64,000 nt of DNA from Eledone cirrhosa (taxonomy: Eukaryota). Under the pieces are notes generated by a model that did no database searches, was not told where the DNA came from, and was given only the letters and a program-made list of their open reading frames with translations. Numbering within the stretch: position 1 is the stretch's first letter; each line of letters starts with the position of its first letter. Both the position numbers and the translations under genes were made by a program. This document shows, one piece after another, positions 24,201-36,200 of this stretch. Location: positions 388,430,001 through 388,494,000 of the forward strand of contig OZ024741.1 in NCBI GenBank assembly GCA_964016885.1, given 5' to 3'.

Positions 24201-27200
24201 TGAGTCAGTGTGTATCTGTGTGTGTGGTGTATGTGTGTCAGTGTGTATCTGTGTGTGTGGTGTATGTGTGTCAGTGTGTATCTGTGTGTGTGGTGTATGT
24301 GTGTCAGTGTGTATCTGTGTGTATCTGTGTGTGTGGTGTATGTGTGTCAGTGTGTATCTGTGTGTGTGGTGTATGTGTGTCAGTGTGTATCTGTATGTGT
24401 GGTGTATGTGTGTCAATGTGTAGCTGTGTGTGTGGTGTATGTGTGTCAGTATGTATCTGTGTGTGTGGTGTATGTGTGTCAGTGCGTATCTGTGTGTGTG
24501 GTATATGTGTATCAGTGTTTATCTGTGTGTGTGGTGTATGTGTGTCAGTGTGTATCTGTGTGTGTGGTGTATGTGTATCAGTGTGTATCTGTGTGTGTGG
24601 TGTATGTGTGTCAGTATGTATCTGTGTGTGTGGTGTATGTGTGTCAGTGTGTATCTGTGTGTGTGGTGTATGTGTGTCAGTGTGTATCTGTGCGTGTGGT
24701 GTATGTGTGTCAGTGTGTGTCAGTGTGTATCTGTGTGTGTGGTGTATGTGTGTCAGTGTGTGTCAGTGTGTGTCAGTGTGTATCTGTTTGTGTGGCGTAT
24801 GTGAGTCAGTGTGTATCTGTGTGTGTGGTGTATGTGTGTCAGTGTGTGTCAGTGTGTATCTTTGTGTGTGGTGTATGTGTGTCAGTGTGTATCTTTGTGT
24901 GTGGTGTATGTGTGTCAGTGTGTATCTGTGTGTGTGGTGTATGTGTGTCAGTGTGTATCTGTGTGTGTGGCGTATGTGAGTCAGTGTGTATCTGTGTGTG
25001 TGGTGTATGTGTGTCAGTGTGTATCTGTGTGTGTGGTGTATGTGTGTCAGCGTGTATCTCTGTGTGTGGTGTATGTGTGTCAGTGTGAATCTGTGTGTGT
25101 GTGGTGTATGTGTGTCAGTGTGTATCCGTGTGTGTGGTGTATTTGTGTCAGTGTGTATCTGTGTGTGTGGCATATGTGTGTCAGTGTGTATCTGTGTGTG
25201 TGGTGTATGTGTGTCAGTGTGTGTCAGTGTGTATCTTTGTGTGTGGTGTATGTGTGTCAGTGTGTGTCAGTGTGTATCTTTGTGTGTGGTGTATGTGTGT
25301 CAGTGTGTGTCAGTGTGTATCTTTGTGTGTGGTGTATGTGTGTCAGTGTGTATCTGTGTGTGTGGTGTATGTGTGTCAGTGTGTATCTGTGTGTGTGGCG
25401 TATGTGAGTCAGTGTGTATCTGTGTGTGTGGTGTATGTGTGTCAGTGTGTATCTGTGTGTGTGGTGTATGTGTGTCAGTGTGTATCTGTGTGTGTGGTGT
25501 ATGTGTGTCAGTGTTTATCTGTGTGTGTGGTGTATGTGTATCAGTATGTATCTGTGTGTGTGGTGTATGTGTGTCAGTGTGAGTCTGTGTGAGTGGTGTA
25601 TGTGTGTCAGTGTGTATCTGTGCGTGTGGTGTATGTGTGTCAGTGTGTATCTGTGTGTGTGGTGTATGTGTGTCAGTGTGTATCTGTGTGTGTGGCATAT
25701 GTGAGTCAGTGTGTATCTGTGTGTGTGGTGTATGTGTGTCAGTGTGTATCTGTGTGTGTGGTGTATGTGTGTCAGTGTGTATCTGTGCGTGTGGTGTATG
25801 TGTGTCAGTGTGTATCTGTGCGTGTGGTGTATGTGTGTCAGTGTGTGCCAGTGAGTATCTGTGTGTGTGGTGTATGTGTGTCAGTGTGTATCAGTGTGTA
25901 TCTGTGTGTGTGGTGTATGTGTATCAGTGTGTATCTGTGCGTGTGGTGTATGTGTGTCAGTGTGTATCTGTGTGTGTGGCGTATGTGAGTCAGTGTGTAT
26001 CTGTGTGTGTGGTGTATGTGTGTCAGTGTGTGTCTGTGTGTATCTGTGTGTGTGGTGTATGTGTGTCAGTGTGTATCAGTGTGTATCTGTGTGTGTGGTG
26101 TATGTGTATCAGTGTGTATCTGTGCGTGTGGTGTATGTGTGTCAGTGTGTATCTGTGTGTGTGGCGTATGTGAGTCAGTGTGTATCTGTGTGTGTGGTGT
26201 ATGTGTGTCAGTGTGTGTCTGTGTGTATCTGTGTGTGTGGTGTATGTGTGTCAGTGTGTATCAGTGTGTATCTGTGTGTGTGGTGTATGTGTGTCAGTGT
26301 GTATCTGTGTGTGTGGTGTATGTGTGTCAGTGTGTATCTGTGTTTGTGGTGTGTGTGTGTCAGTATGTATATGTGTGTGTCGTGTATGTGTATCAGTATG
26401 TATCTGTGTGTGTGGTGTATGTGTGTCAGTGTGTATCTGTGTGTGTGGTGTATGTGTGTCAGTATGTATCTGTGTGTGTGGTGTATGTGTATCAGTATGT
26501 ATCTGTGTGTGTGGTGTATATGTGTCAGTGTGTGTCTGTGTGAGTGGTGTATGTGTGTCAGTGTGTATCTGTGTGTGTGGTGTATGTGTGTCAGTATGTA
26601 TCTGTGTGTGTGGTGTATGTGTATCAGTGTGTATCTGTGTGTGTGGTGTATGTGTGTCAGTGTGTATCTGTGTGTGTGGTGTATGTGTATCAGTGTGTAT
26701 CTGTGTGTGTGGTGTATGTGTGTCAGTATGTATCTGTGTGTGTGGTGTATGTGTGTCAGTGTGTATCTGTGTGTGTGGTGTATGTGTGTCAGTGTGTATC
26801 TGTGCGTGTGGTGTATGTGTGTCAGTATGTATCTGTGTGTGTGGTGTATGTGTGTCAGTGTGTATCTGTGTGTGTGGTGTATGTGTGTCAGTGTGTATCT
26901 GTGCGTGTGGTGTATGTGTGTCAGTGTGTGTCAGTGTGTATCTGTGTGTGTGGTGTATGTGTGTCAGTGTGTGTCAGTGTGTATCTGTGTGTGTGGCGTA
27001 TGTGAGTCAGTGTGTATCTGTGTGTGTGGTGTATGTGTGTCAGTGTGTGTCAGTGTGTATCTTTGTGTGTGGTGTATGTGTGTCAGTGTGTGTCAGTGTG
27101 TATCTTTGTGTGTGGTGTATGTGTGTCAGTGTGTATCTGTGTGTGTGGTGTATGTGTGTCAGTGTGTATCTGTGTGCGTGGCGTATGTGAGTCAGTGTGT

Positions 27201-30200
27201 ATCTGTGAGTGGGTGTATGTGTGTCAGTGTGTATCTGTGTGTGTGGTGTATGTGTGTCAGTGTGTATCTGTGTGTGTGGTGTATGTGTGTCAGTGTGTAT
27301 CTGTGTGTGTGGTGTATGTGTATCAGTATGTATCTGTGTGTGTGGTGTATGTGTGTCAGTGTGTGTCTGTGTGAGTGGTGTATGTGTGTCAGTGTGTATC
27401 TGTGTGTGTGGTGTATGTGTGTCAGTGTGTATCTGTGTGTGTGGTGTATGTGTGTCAGTGTGAATCTGTGTGTGTGGTGTATGTGTGTCAGTGTGTATCC
27501 GTGTGTGTGGTGTATTTGTGTCAGTGTGTATCTGTGTGTGTGGCGTATGTGTGTCAGTGTGTATCTGTGTGTGTGGTGTATGTGTGTCAGTGTGTGTCAG
27601 TGTGTATCTTTGTGTGTGGTGTATGTGTGTCAGTGTGTGTCAGTGTGTATCTTTGTGTGTGGTGTATGTGTGTCAGTGTGTGTCAGTGTGTATCTTTGTG
27701 TGTGGTGTATGTGTGTCACTGTGTATCTGTGTGTGTGGTGTATGTGTGTCAGTGTGTATCTGTGTGTGTGGCGTATGTGAGTCAGTGTGTATCTGTGTGT
27801 GTGGTGTATGTGTGTCAGTGTGTATCTGTGTGTGTGGTGTATGTGTGTCAGCGTGTATCTCTGTGTGTGGTGTATGTGTGTCAGTGTGAATCTGTGTGTG
27901 TGTGGTGTATGTGTGTCAGTGTGTATCCGTGTGTGTGGTGTATTTGTGTCAGTGTGTATCTGTGTGTGTGGCGTATGTGTGTCAGTGTGTATCTGTGTGT
28001 GTGGTGTATGTGTGTCAGTGTGTGTCAGTGTGTATCTTTGTGTGTGGTGTATGTGTGTCAGTGTGTGTCAGTGTGTATCTTTGTGTGTGGTGTATGTGTG
28101 TCAGTGTGTGTCAGTGTGTATCTTTGTGTGTGGTGTATGTGTGTCAGTGTGTATCTGTGTGTGTGGTGTATGTGTGTCAGTGTGTATCTGTGTGTGTGGC
28201 GTATGTGAGTCAGTGTGTATCTGTGTGTGTGGTGTATGTGTGTCAGTGTGTATCTGTGTGTGTGGTGTATGTGTGTCAGTGTGTTTCTGTGTGTGTGGTG
28301 TATGTGTGTCAGTGTGTATCTGTGTGTGTGGTGTATGTGTATCAGTATGTATCTGTGTGTGTGGTGTATGTGTGTCAGTGTGAGTCTGTGTGAGTGGTGT
28401 ATGTGTGTCAGTGTGTATCTGTGTGTGTGGTGTATGTGTGTCAGTGTGTATCTGTGTGTGTGGTGTATGTGTGTCAGTGTGTATCTGTGTGTGTGGCGTA
28501 TGTGAGTCAGTGTGTATCTGTGTGTGTGGTGTATGTGTGTCAGTGTGTATCTGTGTGTGTGGTGTATGTGTGTCAGTGTGTATCTGTGCGTGTGGTGTAT
28601 GTGTGTCAGTGTGTATCTGTGCGTGTGGTGTATGTGTGTCAGTGTGTGTCAGTGAGTGTCTGTGTGTGTGGTGTATGTGTGTCAGTGTGTGTCAGTGTGT
28701 ATCTTTGTGTGTGGTGTATGTGTGTCAGTGTGTGTCAGTGTGTATCATTGTGTGTGGTGTATGTGTGTCAGTGTGTGTCAGTGTGTATCTTTGTGTGTGG
28801 TGTATGTGTGTCAGTGTGTATCTGTGTGTGTGGTGTATGTGTGTCAGTGTGTATCTGTGTGTGTGGCGTATGTGAGTCAGTGTGTATCTGTGTGTGTGGT
28901 GTATGTGTGTCAGTGTGTATCTGTGTGTGTGGTGTATGTGTGTCAGTGTGTATCTGTGTGTGTGGTGTATGTGTGTCAGTGTGTATCTGTGTGTGTGGTG
29001 TATGTGTATCAGTATGTATCTGTGTGTGTGGTGTATGTGTGTCAGTGTGAGTCTGTGTGAGTGGTGTATGTGTGTCAGTGTGTATCTGTGTGTGTGGTGT
29101 ATGTGTGTCAGTGTGTATCTGTGTGTGTGGTGTATGTGTGTCAGTGTGTATCTGTGTGTGTGGCGTATGTGAGTCAGTGTGTATCTGTATGTGTGGTGTC
29201 TGTGTGTCAGTGTGTATCTGTGTGTGTGGTGTATGTGTGTCAGTGTGTATCTGTGCGTGTGGTGTATGTGTGTCAGTGTGTATCTGTGCGTCTGGTGTAT
29301 GTGTGTCAGTGTGTGTCAGTGAGTATCTGTGTGTGTGGTGTATGTGTGTCAGTGTGTATCAGTGTGTATCTGTGTGTGTGGTGTATGTGCATCAGTGTGT
29401 ATCTGTGTGTGTGGTGTATGTGTGTCAGTGTGTATCTGTGTGTGTGGCGTATGTGAGTCAGTGTGTATCTGTGTGTGTGGTGTATGTGTGTCAGTGTGTA
29501 TCTGTGTGTGTGGTGTATGTGTGTCAGTGTGTATCTGTGCGTGTGGTGTATGTGTGTCAGTGTGTGTCAGTGTGTATCTGTGTGTGTGGTGTATGTGTGT
29601 CAGTGTGTATCAGTGTGTATCTGTGTGTGTGGTGTATGTGTGTCAGTGTGTATCTGTGTGTGTGGTGTATGTGTGTCAGTGTGTATCTGTGTTTGTGGTG
29701 TGTGTGTGTCAGTATGTATATGTGTGTGTCGTGTATGTGTATCAGTATGTATCTGTGTGTGTGGTGTATGTGTGTCAGTGTGTATCTGTGTGTGTGGTGT
29801 ATGTGTGTCAGTGTGTATCTGTCTGAGTGGTGTATGTGTGTCAGTGTGTATCTGTGTGTGTGGTGTATGTGTGTCAGTATGTATCTGTGTGTGTGGTGTA
29901 TGTGTATCAGTGTATCTGTGTGTGTGGTGTGTGTGTGTCAGTATGTATATGTGTGTGTGGTGTATGTGTATCAGTATGTATCTGTGTGTGTGGTGTATGT
30001 GTGTCAGTGTGTGTCTGTGTGAGTGGTGTATGTGTGTCAGTGTGTATCTGTGTGTGTGGTGTATGTGTATCTGTGTGTATCTGTGTGTGTGTTGTATGTG
30101 TGTCAGTGTGTATCTGTGTGTGTGGTGTATGTGTGTCAGTGTGTATCTGTGTGTGTGGTGTATGTGTGTCAGTGTGTATCTGTGTGTGTGGTGTATGTGT

Positions 30201-33200
30201 ATCAGTATGTATCTGTGTGTGTGGTGTATGTGTGTCAGTGTGTGTCTGTGTGAGTGGTGTATGTGTGTCAGTGTGTATCTGTGTGTGTGGTGTATGTGTG
30301 TCAGTATGTATCTGTGTGTGTGGTGTATGTGTATCAGTGTGTATCTGTGTGTGTGGTGTATGTGTGTCAGTGTGTATCTGTGTGTGTGGTGTATGTGTAT
30401 CAGTGTGTATCTGTGTGTGTGGTGTATGTGTGTCAGTATGTATCTGTGTGTGTGGTGTATGTGTGTCAGTGTGTATCTGTGTGTGTGGTGTATGTGTGTC
30501 AGTGTGTATCTGTGCGTGTGGTGTATGTGTGTCAGTATGTATCTGTGTGTGTGGTGTATGTGTGTCAGTGTGTATCTGTGTGTGTGGTGTATGTGTGTCA
30601 GTGTGTATCTGTGCGTGTGGTGTATGTGTGTCAGTGTGTATCAGTGTGTATCTGTGTGTGTGGTGTATGTGTGTCAGTGTGTGTCAGTGTGTATATGTGT
30701 GTGTGGCGTATGTGAGTCAGTGTGTATCTGTGTGTGTGGTGTATGTGTGTCAGTGTGTGTCAGTGTGTATCTTTGTGTGTGGTGTATGTGTGTCAGTGTG
30801 TGTCAGTGTGTATCTTTGTGTGTGGTGTATGTGTGTCAGTGTGTATCTGTCTGAGTGGTGTATGTGTGTCAGTGTGTATCTGTGTGTGTGGTGTATGTGT
30901 GTCAGTATGTATCTGTGTGTGTGGTGTATGTGTATCAGTGTATCTGTGTGTGTGGTGTGTGTGTGTCAGTATGTATATGTGTGTGTGGTGTATGTGTATC
31001 AGTATGTATCTGTGTGTGTGGTGTATGTGTGTCAGTGTGTGTCTGTGTGAGTGGTGTATGTGTGTCAGTGTGTATCTGTGTGTGTGGTGTATGTGTATCT
31101 GTGTGTATCTGTGTGTGTGTTGTATGTGTGTCAGTGTGTATCTGTGTGTGTGGTGTATGTGTGTCAGTGTGTATCTGTGTGTGTGGTGTATGTGTGTCAG
31201 TGTGTATCTGTGTGTGTGGTGTATGTGTATCAGTATGTATCTGTGTGTGTGGTGTATGTGTGTCAGTGTGTGTCTGTGTGAGTGGTGTATGTGTGTCAGT
31301 GTGTATCTGTGTGTGTGGTGTATGTGTGTCAGTATGTATCTGTGTGTGTGGTGTATGTGTATCAGTGTGTATCTGTGTGTGTGGTGTATGTGTGTCAGTG
31401 TGTATCTGTGTGTGTGGTGTATGTGTATCAGTGTGTATCTGTGTGTGTGGTGTATGTGTGTCAGTATGTATCTGTGTGTGTGGTGTATGTGTGTCAGTGT
31501 GTATCTGTGTGTGTGGTGTATGTGTGTCAGTGTGTATCTGTGCGTGTGGTGTATGTGTGTCAGTATGTATCTGTGTGTGTGGTGTATGTGTGTCAGTGTG
31601 TATCTGTGTGTGTGGTGTATGTGTGTCAGTGTGTATCTGTGCGTGTGGTGTATGTGTGTCAGTGTGTATCAGTGTGTATCTGTGTGTGTGGTGTATGTGT
31701 GTCAGTGTGTGTCAGTGTGTATATGTGTGTGTGGCGTATGTGAGTCAGTGTGTATCTGTGTGTGTGGTGTATGTGTGTCAGTGTGTGTCAGTGTGTATCT
31801 TTGTGTGTGGTGTATGTGTGTCAGTGTGTGTCAGTGTGTATCTTTGTGTGTGGTGTATGTGTGTCAGTGTGTATCTGTGTGTGTGGTGTATGTGTGTCAG
31901 TGTGTATCTGTGTGTGTGGCGTATGTGAGTCAGTGTGTATCTGTGAGTGGGTGTATGTGTGTCAGTGTGTATCTGTGTGTGTGGTGTATGTGCGTCAGTG
32001 TGTATCTGTGTGTGTGGTGTATGTGTGTCAGTGTGTATCTGTGTGTGTGGTGTATGTGTATCAGTATGTATCTGTGTGTGTGGTGTATGTGTGTCAGTGT
32101 GTGTCTGTGTGAGTGGTGTATGTGTGTCAGTGTGTATCTGTGTGTGTGGTGTATGTGTGTCAGTGTGTATCTGTGTGTGTGGTGTATGTGTGTCAGTGTG
32201 AATCTGTGTGTGTGGTGTATGTGTGTCAGTGTGTATCCGTGTGTGTGGTGTATTTGTGTCAGTGTGTATCTGTGTGTGTGGCGTATGTGTGTCAGTGTGT
32301 ATCTGTGTGTGTGGTGTATGTGTGTCAGTGTGTGTCAGTGTGTATCTTTGTGTGTGGTGTATGTGTGTCAGTGTGTGTCAGTGTGTATCTTTGTGTGTGG
32401 TGTATGTGTGTCAGTGTGTGTCAGTGTGTATCTTTGTGTGTGGTGTATGTGTGTCAGTGTGTATCTGTGTGTGTGGTGTATGCGTGTCAGTGTGTATCTG
32501 TGTGTGTGGCGTATGTGAGTCAGTGTGTATCTGTGTGTGTGGTGTATGTGTGTCAGTGTGTATCTGTGTGTGTGGTGTATGTGTGTCAGCGTGTATCTCT
32601 GTGTGTGGTGTATGTGTGTCAGTGTGAATCTGTGTGTGTGTGGTGTATGTGTGTCAGTGTGTATCCGTGTGTGTGGTGTATTTGTGTCAGTGTGTATCTG
32701 TGTGTGTGGCGTATGTGTGTCAGTGTGTATCTGTGTGTGTGGTGTATGTGTGTCAGTGTGTGTCAGTGTGTATCTTTGTGTGTGGTGTATGTGTGTCAGT
32801 GTGTGTCAGTGTGTATCTTTGTGTGTGGTGTATGTGTGTCAGTGTGTGTCAGTGTGTATCTTTGTGTGTGGTGTATGTGTGTCAGTGTGTATCTGTGTGT
32901 GTGGTGTATGTGTGTCAGTGTGTATCTGTGTGTGTGGCGTATGTGAGTCAGTGTGTATCTGTGTGTGTGGTGTATGTGTGTCAGTGTGTATCTGTGTGTG
33001 TGGTGTATGTGTGTCAGTGTGTATCTGTGTGTGTGGTGTATGTGTGTCAGTGTGTATCTGTGTGTGTGGTGTATGTGTATCAGTATGTATCTGTGTGTGT
33101 GGTGTATGTGTGTCAGTGTGAGTCTGTGTGAGTGGTGTATGTGTGTCAGTGTGTATCTGTGTGTGTGGTGTATGTGTGTCAGTGTGTATCTGTGTGTGTG

Positions 33201-36200
33201 GTGTATGTGTGTCAGTGTGTATCTGTGTGTGTGGCGTATGTGAGTCAGTGTGTATCTGTGTGTGTGGTGTATGTGTGTCAGTGTGTATCTGTCTGTGTGG
33301 TGTATGTGTGTCAGTGTGTATCTGTGCGTGTGGTGTATGTGTGTCAGTGTGTATCTGTGCGTGTGGTGTATGTGTGTCAGTGTGTGTCAGTGAGTATCTG
33401 TGTGTGTGGTGTATGTGTGTCAGTGTGTATCAGTGTGTATCTGTGTGTGTGGTGTATGTGTATCAGTGTGTATCTGTGTGTGTGGTGTATGTGTGTCAGT
33501 GTGTATCTGTGTGTTTGGCGTATGTGAGTCAGTGTGTATCTGTGTGTGTGGTGTATGTGTGTCAGTGTGTATCTGTGTGTGTGGTGTATGTGTGTCAGTG
33601 TGTATCTGTGCGTGTAGTGTATGTGTGTCAGTGTGTGTCAGTGTGTATCTGTGTGTGTGGTGTATGTGTGTCAGTGTGTATCAGTGTGTATCTGTGTGTG
33701 GTGTATGTGTGTCAGTGTGTATCTGTGTGTGTGGTGTATGTGTGTCAGTGTGTATCTGTGTTTGTGGTGTGTGTGTGTCAGTATGTATATGTGTGTGTCG
33801 TGTATGTGTATCAGTATGTATCTGTGTGTGTGGTGTATGTGTGTCAGTGTGTATCTGTGTGTGTGGTGTATGTGTGTCAGTGTGTATCTGTGTGAGTGGT
33901 GTATGTGTGTCAGTGTGTATCTGTGTGTGTGGTGTATGTGTGTCAGTATGTATCTGTGTGTGTGGTGTACGTGTATCAGTGTGTATCTGTGTGTGTGTTG
34001 TGTGTGTGTCAGTATGTATATGTGTGTGTGGTGTATGTGTATCAGTATGTATCTGTGTGTGTGGTGTATGTGTGTCAGTGTGTGTCTGTGTGAGTGGTGT
34101 ATGTGTGTCAGTGTGTATCTGTGTGTGTGGTGTATGTGTATCTGTGTGTATCTGTGTGTGTGTTGTATGTGTGTCAGTGTGTATCTGTGTGTGTGGTGTA
34201 TGTGTGTCAGTGTGTATCTGTGTGTGTGGTGTATGTGTGTCAGTGTGTATCTGTGTGTGTGGTGTATGTGTATCAGTATGTATCTGTGCGTGTGGTGTAT
34301 GTGTGTCAGTGTGTGTCTGTGTGAGTGGTGTATGTGTGTCAGTGTGTATCTGTGTGTGTGGTGTATGTGTGTCAGTGTGTATCTGTGTGTGTGGTGTATG
34401 TGTGTCAGTGTGTATCTGTGTGTGTGGTGTATGTGTATCAGTGTGTATCTGTGTGTGTGGTGTATGTGTGTCAGTATGTATCTGTGTGTGTGGTGTATGT
34501 GTGTCAGTGTGTATCTGTGTGTGTGGTGTATGTGTGTCAGTGTGTATCTGTGCGTGTGGTGTATGTGTGTCAGTGTGTATCTGTGTGTATCTGTGTGTGT
34601 GGTGTATGTGTGTCAGTGTGTGTCTGTGTGAGTGGTGTATGTGTGTCAGTGTGTATCTGTGTGTGTGGTGTATGTGTATCTGTGTGTATCTGTGTGTGTG
34701 TTGTATGTGTGTCAGTGTGTATCTGTGTGTGTGGTGTATGTGTGTCAGTGTGTATCTGTGTGTGTGGTGTATGTGTGTCAGTGTGTATCTGTGTGTGTGG
34801 TGTATGTGTATCAGTATGTATCTGTGTGTGTGGTGTATGTGTGTCAGTGTGTGTCTGTGTGAGTGGTGTATGTGTGTGTGTGGTGTATGTGTGTCAGTGT
34901 GTATCTGTGTGTGTGGTGTATGTGTGTCAGTGTGTGTCAGTGTGTATCTTTGTGTGTGGTGTATGTGTGTCAGTGTGTGTGAGTGTGTATCTGTGTGTGT
35001 GGTGTATGTGTGTCAGTGTGTATCTGTGTGTGTGGTGTATGTGTGTCAGTGTGTAACTGTGTGTGTGGCGTATGTGAGTCAGTGTGTATCTGTGTGTGTG
35101 GTGTATGTGTGTCAGTGTGTATCTGTGTGTGTGGTGTATGTGTGTCAGTGTGTATCTGTGTGTGTGGTGTATGTGTGTCAGTGTGTATCTGTGTGTGTGG
35201 CGTATGTGAGTCAGTGTGTATCTGTGTGTGTGGTGTATGTGTGTCAGTGTGTATCTGTGTGTGTGGTGTATGTGTGTCAGTGTGTATCTGTGCGTGTGGT
35301 GTATGTGTGTCAGTGTGTGTCAGTGTGTATCTGTGTGTGTGGTGTATGTGTGTCAGTGTGTATCTGTGTGTGTGGCGTATGTGAGTCAGCGTGTATCTGT
35401 GTGTGTGGTGTATGTGTGTCAGTATGTATCTGTGTGTGTGGTGTATGCGTGTCAGTGTGTATCTGTGTGTGTGGTGTATGTGTGTCAGTATGTATCTGTG
35501 TGTGTGGTGTATGTGTGTTGTGTGTATCTGTGTGTGTGGTGTATGTGTGTCAGTGTGTATCTGTGCGTGTGGTGTATGTGTGTCAGTGTGTATCTGTGCG
35601 TGTGGTGTATGTGTGTCAGTGTGTGTCTGTGTGAGTGGTGTATGTGTGTCAGTGTGTATCTGTGCGTGTGGTGTATGCGTGTCAGTATGTATCTGTGTGT
35701 GTGGTGTATGTGTGTAGTGTGTATCTGTGTGTGTGGTGTATGTGTGTCAGTGTGTATCTGTGCGTGTGGTGTATGTGTGTCAGTGTGTATCTGTGCGTGT
35801 GGTGTATGTGTGTCAGTGTGTATCTGTGTGTGTGGTGTGTGTGTGTCAGTGTGTATCTGTGTGTGTGGTGTGTGTGTGTCAGTGTGTATCTGTGCGTGTG
35901 GTGTATGCGTGTCAGTATGTATCTGTGTGTGTGGTGTATGTGTGTCAGTGAGTATCTGTGCGTGTGGTGTATGCGTGTCAGTGTGTATCTGTGTGTGTGG
36001 TGTATGTGTGTCAGTGTGTATCTGTGCATGTGGTGTATGTGTGTCAGTGTGTGTCAGTGTGTATCTGTGTGTGTGGCGTATGTGAGTCAGTGTGTATCTG
36101 TGTGTGTGGTGTATGTGTGTCAGTGTGTATCTGTGTGTGTGGTGTATGTGTGTCAGTGTGTATCTGTGTGTGTGGTGTATGTGTGTCAGTGTGTATCTGT

